A DNA stretch of 64,000 nucleotides from Pseudomonadota bacterium (GTDB taxonomy: Bacteria; Pseudomonadota; Alphaproteobacteria; Rhizobiales; Amorphaceae): NCBI GenBank assembly GCA_038745295.1, contig JBCDLN010000001.1:4572-68571 (forward strand). Reading direction: 5' to 3'. A program made the position numbers and the translations under genes. This document shows, in pieces, positions 58,749 to 64,000 of this stretch (positions are counted from its first letter, which is position 1; every line of letters begins with the position of its first letter). The notes beneath the pieces were generated by a model. That model saw nothing but the letters and a program-made list of their open reading frames with translations. It ran no database searches and was not told the DNA's origin.

Positions 58749-60185
58749 GTGACATTTGTCGTGATCGCTGTCTTCTGGTGTATTTTTCTTTATAGCTTTG
58801 TCGCGCCGATCCATCGGATCGTCTATCTTATAATGTGTTCCATTTGTTTTGGGACATTCTCAACGATTCCGACATCGGTCACGGGCTTTGTCTTTCTACC
58901 CGCCCCGCTGTTTGCTTTGGCGCTGGTCATGCGTGTCGCGCTGGCGCCCAACGCGCCGCAATTCATCATCACATCGGTACTCGTCCCGCGCCGCATGCTG
59001 CTTCTGTTCTTGTTTCTGGTTGTTGCGTACATCACGACACTGTTCATGCCACGCCTGTTCGCGGGTGGTATCGACGTCGTCACGTTCCGCGGCCGCGTCG
59101 ATACTACCGTGCCGCTGCGACCGACACCGCAGAATTTGTCGCAGCTTTTCTACGTCACGATCTCAGTGTTCTCCGTGGTGGCGTTCGCCTTTATTTTGCG
59201 CAAACCGGTCATGCGGCAGCACGCGTTGAAGGCAGTCTGGTGGGGTGGGGTGTTCACCGTTGCGACAGGGGTACTCGATTATCTGAACAGCTTCCTGCCG
59301 CTCGACCCGCTGCTTGCGCCATTTCGAACAGCCAGCTACGCGCTCGCGACTGATGTAGCGCTTTTGGGCGGCAAGCGGGTGGTGGGCCTGACATCGGAGG
59401 CCTCGGCGTTCGGCAATATCTGCATCGCCTTCGCGCTGACGCTGTACTTCTTCCGGCGTGCCATCGACGATCAGCGCCTGCGCGATGTCTGGGCGCCGAT
59501 TCTGATCGTGATGTTGGTGGGGATGGTGTGGCTGTCCAAGTCCACTGGGGCCTATGTGATCTTGTGCATCGCCTTCGCGCTGGCCGGGCTGGACTGGCTG
59601 CTGCGCGCCGCGAGGGGCCGCAAACGTAGCCGGGTCACCACTGGAATCGGCACCGAATTTTGGCTCGCGTTCGGCGGCGTGATGAGCGTTCTCCTCGTGC
59701 TCTTGACCAATCCAGCCGTGTTTGAGCCCATCTACGCCCTGTTTGAGCGGTTGGTCTTGAACAAGGCCGAATCCACTTCGTTCGAGGAACGCGGGATGTG
59801 GCGCCTCACGGCCTGGACCGCCTTCCTGGACAGCAGCTTGTTCGGTGTTGGGGTCGGCTCGACACGCGCCTCTAGCGCCGTCGTGTCGACATTTGCCAGT
59901 ACCGGGCTCATCGGCGCGCTGTTCTACTATGGTTTCCTCTTGCAAACCGCATTGCGCAAAGCGCCGCCAGGCAGTGTCGATGGCCCCATCATTGTCGTTG
60001 GATTCCGCTGGTGGATCATTCCGGGCCTATTTGTGGGCCTGTTCGTCGGCACCGTCGATTTCGGCATTTTCAACGCATTCGTGCTCGGTCTGGTCACCGC
60101 AGTCGGCACCACACGAATGGCGCAGCCGCTGAGAGCGGAGGGCATCACGCCAAGGTCACGGCTCCCAGCCTCACGGCCGAGCTAA
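58749..60185 (+). CDS. O-antigen-ligase-like / Wzy-type polysaccharide polymerase membrane protein
   Basis: More than 10 hydrophobic segments, plus a loop with RGMWRLTAWTAFLDSSLFGVGVGSTRAS that resembles the Wzy_C signature (R...W......P.FG.G.G). GTG start. Confidence 0.6.
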   Translation: MTFVVIAVFWCIFLYSFVAPIHRIVYLIMCSICFGTFSTIPTSVTGFVFLPAPLFALALVMRVALAPNAPQFIITSVLVPRRMLLLFLFLVVAYITTLFMPRLFAGGIDVVTFRGRVDTTVPLRPTPQNLSQLFYVTISVFSVVAFAFILRKPVMRQHALKAVWWGGVFTVATGVLDYLNSFLPLDPLLAPFRTASYALATDVALLGGKRVVGLTSEASAFGNICIAFALTLYFFRRAIDDQRLRDVWAPILIVMLVGMVWLSKSTGAYVILCIAFALAGLDWLLRAARGRKRSRVTTGIGTEFWLAFGGVMSVLLVLLTNPAVFEPIYALFERLVLNKAESTSFEERGMWRLTAWTAFLDSSLFGVGVGSTRASSAVVSTFASTGLIGALFYYGFLLQTALRKAPPGSVDGPIIVVGFRWWIIPGLFVGLFVGTVDFGIFNAFVLGLVTAVGTTRMAQPLRAEGITPRSRLPASRPS

Positions 60186-60611
60186 CGATGCACTGGCACC
60201 GCCATTGCAACTCATCCAAATGGCCAGCCCGCGCGCTGATCAGGGCCACCCAGTCGCAACAGAGGAGCCATTACGCTAACGCTGTCGCCGCTCGATCTTC
60301 CAGGGTCCGGCCTGGAGGTGCTGAGTGCCCCCCTGTGCTGGCGTCCTTGGCGAGCCGCCAGCGGGCGTTGCGCCACAGGGTCCGGTTCAGTCTGGCACAA
60401 AGGGCGATGTGCCAAATCTTAACCGACCAAAAGCGCAAGATCTCACATATCCGTGCCTACAGATGATCGCACAATACTCTTCTGAGGACATCTTACTCTC
60501 GGAAAAAGTGAGATCGAACCAAGTCTTGACGTTCAGTGACCGAATTCACTGAATGACATGCCCCTCGATCCGGCCGCGCCCTCATGAGCCACCTCGAAAG
60601 TCGCAGCACCC

Positions 60612-62054
60612 ATGACGAAGACACCCACGCTCATGCGCAGTGGCGGCAACGCTGCAATCTCGATCCTGGGACAAGCAACGCCGCAGATCGCCTCGCTGCT
60701 GATCACGATTGTTGCGGCCCGCTATCTGTCGCCGTCCGACTATGGGGTGTACGCGCTCGCGCTGGTGTTCGCCGAGCTCAACATCACCATCACCTACACC
60801 GGCTACTACTATTTCATCATTAATTCCAAAAGCGATGACCGGTCCGTCCTGTCGACCTTCTTTTGGATCATGCTCGCCATCGGCACCGTTTTTGGCACGG
60901 TCTTGTTCGTCGGCGCCGACCCGCTGGCGCGCCTGTTCCGCAACGAAGAGCTCGTGCTCCTTCTGGCCTGTTTCGCGCTTCTGCAGCCGTTCCAATCAAT
61001 CACCGGCTGGGCCTCCGCCGCGCTGATCAGGGCGCAGTTGATGCGCCGCTTGTTCATCACCGTCGCAATCACCGATTTGGTGGCACTCGTCATCGGCATT
61101 GGCCTGTTGCTGTGGTGGCAGTCGCTGTTGGGCCTTGTCGTCTATCGTATTGTGTTGGTGGGCTTGAAGGTGGTTGCGTTCTGCATTGTCGTGCCGCAAT
61201 CGCCCAAGTGGATGTTCGATCTGAGCCTCGCCAAGCAGGCCACGCGCTATGCCGCGGGCCTTTACGGCGCGCGTTTGCTGAACTTCTTCTCCCGCTTTGG
61301 CACCGACCTTATTTTGGCATTCTTATTCTCCACCGCTGAATCGGGGCTCTACCGGTTTGCCAACCGCCTCGCCAACGGCGCGGTCGATATTGTCGCCCAG
61401 CCCCTGCAACGCTTTGCGGAGAAGAGTTTTGGTCATGCCGCGCGCACCAATGCCTCGCTCGACACGCTGGTCGCACAGTATTTGTCGGCCAATATTTTCA
61501 TGATGGGCGGCGCCGCGATCGCCATCGCGGTGCTGAGCCACAGCGTGGTGGCGGTTTTGTTCCAGCCCGCCTATCTCGCGGCCGTGCCGGTGGTTTATGC
61601 GCTCGCCCTGCTGTCGGCCGCGCGCTCGGCCAACCTGTTGATCGTTCCGGTCTTCGCCGCACGCCACCGCACCAGCATTGCCTTCTGGCATGACCTTGTG
61701 TGGACCAGCGTGATGCTCTGCACGATCCTCTTCGTTGCGCCCTTCGGCTTTCAAACGCTCGCCTACGCCCAGGCCGCCACGATGATTTTCACCTCATTCG
61801 GCGCGATTTTCGTGATCGCCTATTTCGGGAAAGTCGCCGTCAACGCAGCCGTCATCAACGCGGCCAAGGTGATCGTCTTGCTCATGGCCTATGTGGCTGC
61901 GACCTATTTCGCGTACCAGGCGATCCTCGGGGCGCTCGGGGAAACAGCGCTCGCCCTCGGCGCGGGCTTGTTCACCGCCGCCCTTCTCGGCCTCGCGGCC
62001 ACCGCCGTCGTGGTCAAGCTCAATGTGGTCGATCCGCGGGTGTTCGCGGACTGA
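60612..62054 (+). CDS. Wzx-like flippase (polysaccharide biosynthesis protein, MOP superfamily)
   Basis: The N-terminal GNAAISILGQATPQIASLLITIVAARYLSPSDYGVYALALVF is typical of Polysacc_synt-type flippases. 480 aa with about 12-14 TM segments. Confidence 0.7.
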   Translation: MTKTPTLMRSGGNAAISILGQATPQIASLLITIVAARYLSPSDYGVYALALVFAELNITITYTGYYYFIINSKSDDRSVLSTFFWIMLAIGTVFGTVLFVGADPLARLFRNEELVLLLACFALLQPFQSITGWASAALIRAQLMRRLFITVAITDLVALVIGIGLLLWWQSLLGLVVYRIVLVGLKVVAFCIVVPQSPKWMFDLSLAKQATRYAAGLYGARLLNFFSRFGTDLILAFLFSTAESGLYRFANRLANGAVDIVAQPLQRFAEKSFGHAARTNASLDTLVAQYLSANIFMMGGAAIAIAVLSHSVVAVLFQPAYLAAVPVVYALALLSAARSANLLIVPVFAARHRTSIAFWHDLVWTSVMLCTILFVAPFGFQTLAYAQAATMIFTSFGAIFVIAYFGKVAVNAAVINAAKVIVLLMAYVAATYFAYQAILGALGETALALGAGLFTAALLGLAATAVVVKLNVVDPRVFAD

Positions 62055-62065
62055 CCTCAAAATCT

Positions 62066-63172
62066 CTAGCGACGCCGGCTGTAGTGGTTCGCGATGGTGG
62101 CGTCGATGAGCGCCGCCATTTCGGTCTTGAAGCGCTCAGTGTCGAAGGTGAGGGCGTGGGCACGAACCGCTTCGGGGTCGAACTCATCCTCGCGGGCCTC
62201 AAAGGCACTCACAGCCTCGCGCACACCGGCAACGCTCTGGTCGTGAAACAATATGCCTGAGGTGCCCTCAACCACGGTCTCCAAGGCGCCGCCACGGGCG
62301 AGCGCGATGACCGGCCGGCCGGATGCCATCACCTCCACAGGGATGATCCCAAAGTCCTCTTCGCCCGGGAACACCAGCGCGCGGCAGCGGGCCATGTGAT
62401 CCTTCAAGACCTTGAAAGGCTGATAGCCGAGGAAGGTGATATTGGGGCCAGCGCGCTTTTTCAGCCGCTTCTCCTCAGGGCCGGTACCGATCACCACAAG
62501 GGGCTTACCTGTCTCGGTGAAGGCATCGACGGCCAGATCGACGCGCTTGTAGCCCACCAGCTGACCGGCACACAGATAAAAGTCGTCACGGTCTTCGGAG
62601 ATCGCAAAGTCGCCGGTGGCGACCGGCGGGTGCACCACGCTCGCCTCGCGCCGCCAGTAGCGCATGATGCGATTTTTGATGTGGTGCGAGTTGGCTGCGA
62701 ATGTATCGACACGCGCGGCGGTCGAGACATCCCACATGCGCAAAGCCGGGCTGAACAGCGCCATGGCAAGGCGGGTGATGAAACCCGCCTCCCGGCGATA
62801 CTCGTGATAGTGGTCCCACAAATAGCGCATCGGCGAATGGACATAGGTGACGTGCACCGCGTCAGGCCGCGGCACGATCCCTTTGGCAGGCCCGGATTCA
62901 GATGAAATCACAAGGTCGTAGGGGGAGGCGTCAAAACCCTCGAGCGCGAACGGGAAGAGCGGTAAGAGCGACGTATAATAGCGCTTCACACCCGGCAGCC
63001 GCTGCAAGAACGAGGTGTGGATCGTGTGCCGCTTGATGGTGGGCGAGAGGACAGACGGGTCGGCCACCAGCGTGAAAATGTCCGCGTCCGGGTACATTTC
63101 ACAGAGCGCCTCCACGACCTTCTCGCCGCCCCGCATGGAGACAAGCCAGTAGTGCGCGATCAGAATTTTCAT
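62066..63172 (-). CDS. Family 4 (group 1) glycosyltransferase
   Basis: MKILIAHYWLVSMRGGEKVVEAL at the N-terminus and LVFPGEEDFGIIPVEVMASGRPVIALARGGALETV (EX7E) at the C-terminus. Confidence 0.8.
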   Translation of the reverse strand: MKILIAHYWLVSMRGGEKVVEALCEMYPDADIFTLVADPSVLSPTIKRHTIHTSFLQRLPGVKRYYTSLLPLFPFALEGFDASPYDLVISSESGPAKGIVPRPDAVHVTYVHSPMRYLWDHYHEYRREAGFITRLAMALFSPALRMWDVSTAARVDTFAANSHHIKNRIMRYWRREASVVHPPVATGDFAISEDRDDFYLCAGQLVGYKRVDLAVDAFTETGKPLVVIGTGPEEKRLKKRAGPNITFLGYQPFKVLKDHMARCRALVFPGEEDFGIIPVEVMASGRPVIALARGGALETVVEGTSGILFHDQSVAGVREAVSAFEAREDEFDPEAVRAHALTFDTERFKTEMAALIDATIANHYSRRR

Positions 63173-63581
63173 GACCGAAAGCCCAGCTTTTCAGAGGTTC
63201 ACTTGGGGTTGCCGCACCCCTCGACGCGGATGGGGGCGATCAGATGACCAAACCGCAGTACGACTCCATCGCGGGTGGGGCAAGCAATACCAACCTTCCA
63301 CAGCCAGCGACAGGCCGTCTTTGGGGTCATGCAGCATTCAATTGAGACCCAGTGGACGGGCGGCGCTGGGCCTTATGCTTTGCGGCTTGCAAGGATCCGC
63401 GATGCACCCACAGCGCGCAAAAATCGCTAGAGATTGCCACCCAAACCAGTCCAGAACCCAGGCTGAGACCCGCAGCGCGATTGCTCGCATGAGAACCAGG
63501 CCAGAACCTCTAAAGGCCCAAGGCCGGATCGACCTTGAGCATGAAAACCAACCCTTGCTCGCATGCCAAAGGGGATTCTAA

Positions 63582-64000
63582 TTGATTGTATCTCACAAGC
63601 ATAAGCTGATTTTCATCAAGACACGAAAAACAGCTGGCACGAGCATCGAAGTGTTCCTCGCAAAACAAGCCGGGCCCGACGCGATCATAACGCCGATATA
63701 TCCACCAGAGGATGGTCATAAGGCCCAAAACTACAAAGGGTTTTTCAACCCTATGCATGACAGCCGCGTCAACGGCAGCACAATCAAAGATCAACTCCGA
63801 CGCGGAAAGCTTTTTCTTCGTCGCGATAAATTCTACAACCACATGTCGGCGCAAGAGGTCAAAGACCGCGTTCCATCAGACGTGTGGCACGATTATTTTA
63901 AGTTCTCGGTGGAGCGGAACCCTTGGGGAAAAGGTCATCTCCCTGTATCATATGATGCAGAAGATCCCCCAAAAGGGTACAACAGCACCAACGCTTGATG
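63582..64000 (+). CDS. Sulfotransferase family protein (family-2-like), apparently frameshifted near 63925-63932 and running off the window end
   Basis: HKLIFIKTRKTAGTSIEVFL is 5'-PSB-like and SVERNPW is the start of a 3'-PB-like motif. After the G4A4 run, the +1 frame reads EKVISLYHMMQK, the expected family continuation. The annotated frame instead stops at 63998. Confidence 0.55.

Noticed and set aside
63171-63581. 136-aa ORF between the last GT4 gene and the terminal sulfotransferase gene
   Set aside because: The translation is Arg/Gly/Ser-rich with no motifs or hydrophobic core pattern. It is more likely a divergent promoter region.

Overview
High-GC (roughly two-thirds G+C by eye) alphaproteobacterial DNA that looks like part of a plasmid or chromid, not core chromosome. 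From left to right it contains six blocks. (1) The 3' part of a giant multidomain surface protein with a carbohydrate-esterase-like module, Ig-like repeats and a SPRY domain. (2) A low-GC pyruvyl-transferase gene. (3) A replicon-maintenance block: ParB/RepB-like and ParA/RepA-like genes, an iteron-like 21-bp repeat array with an AT-rich tract, an orphan ATP-grasp gene, a decayed fragment of a replication-initiator gene, a small membrane protein and an intact RPA-family (replication initiator protein A) gene. (4) A very large polysaccharide locus (about 11.4-34.9 kb and 43.6-64 kb). It has gmd/fcl (GDP-fucose), UDP-glucuronate-epimerase-like and galE genes, about 9 glycosyltransferases, 2 Wzx-like flippases, 2 Wzy-like polymerases and a Wzc/ExoP-like plus Wza-like export pair. 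It also has 3 O-acyl/acetyltransferases, 2 methyltransferases, 4 sulfotransferase-family genes and three tailspike-like beta-helix proteins. (5) An approximately 8.6-kb compositionally distinct insert splits that locus. It carries two RTX calcium-binding proteins, a tyrosine recombinase and a tightly coupled cytochrome P450 + cyclooxygenase-like heme peroxidase pair. (6) A kexin-like subtilase with RTX repeats and another small RTX protein. I found no rRNA, tRNA, CRISPR array or transposase. All calls rest on motifs read by eye in the ORF translations; nothing was searched against a database.
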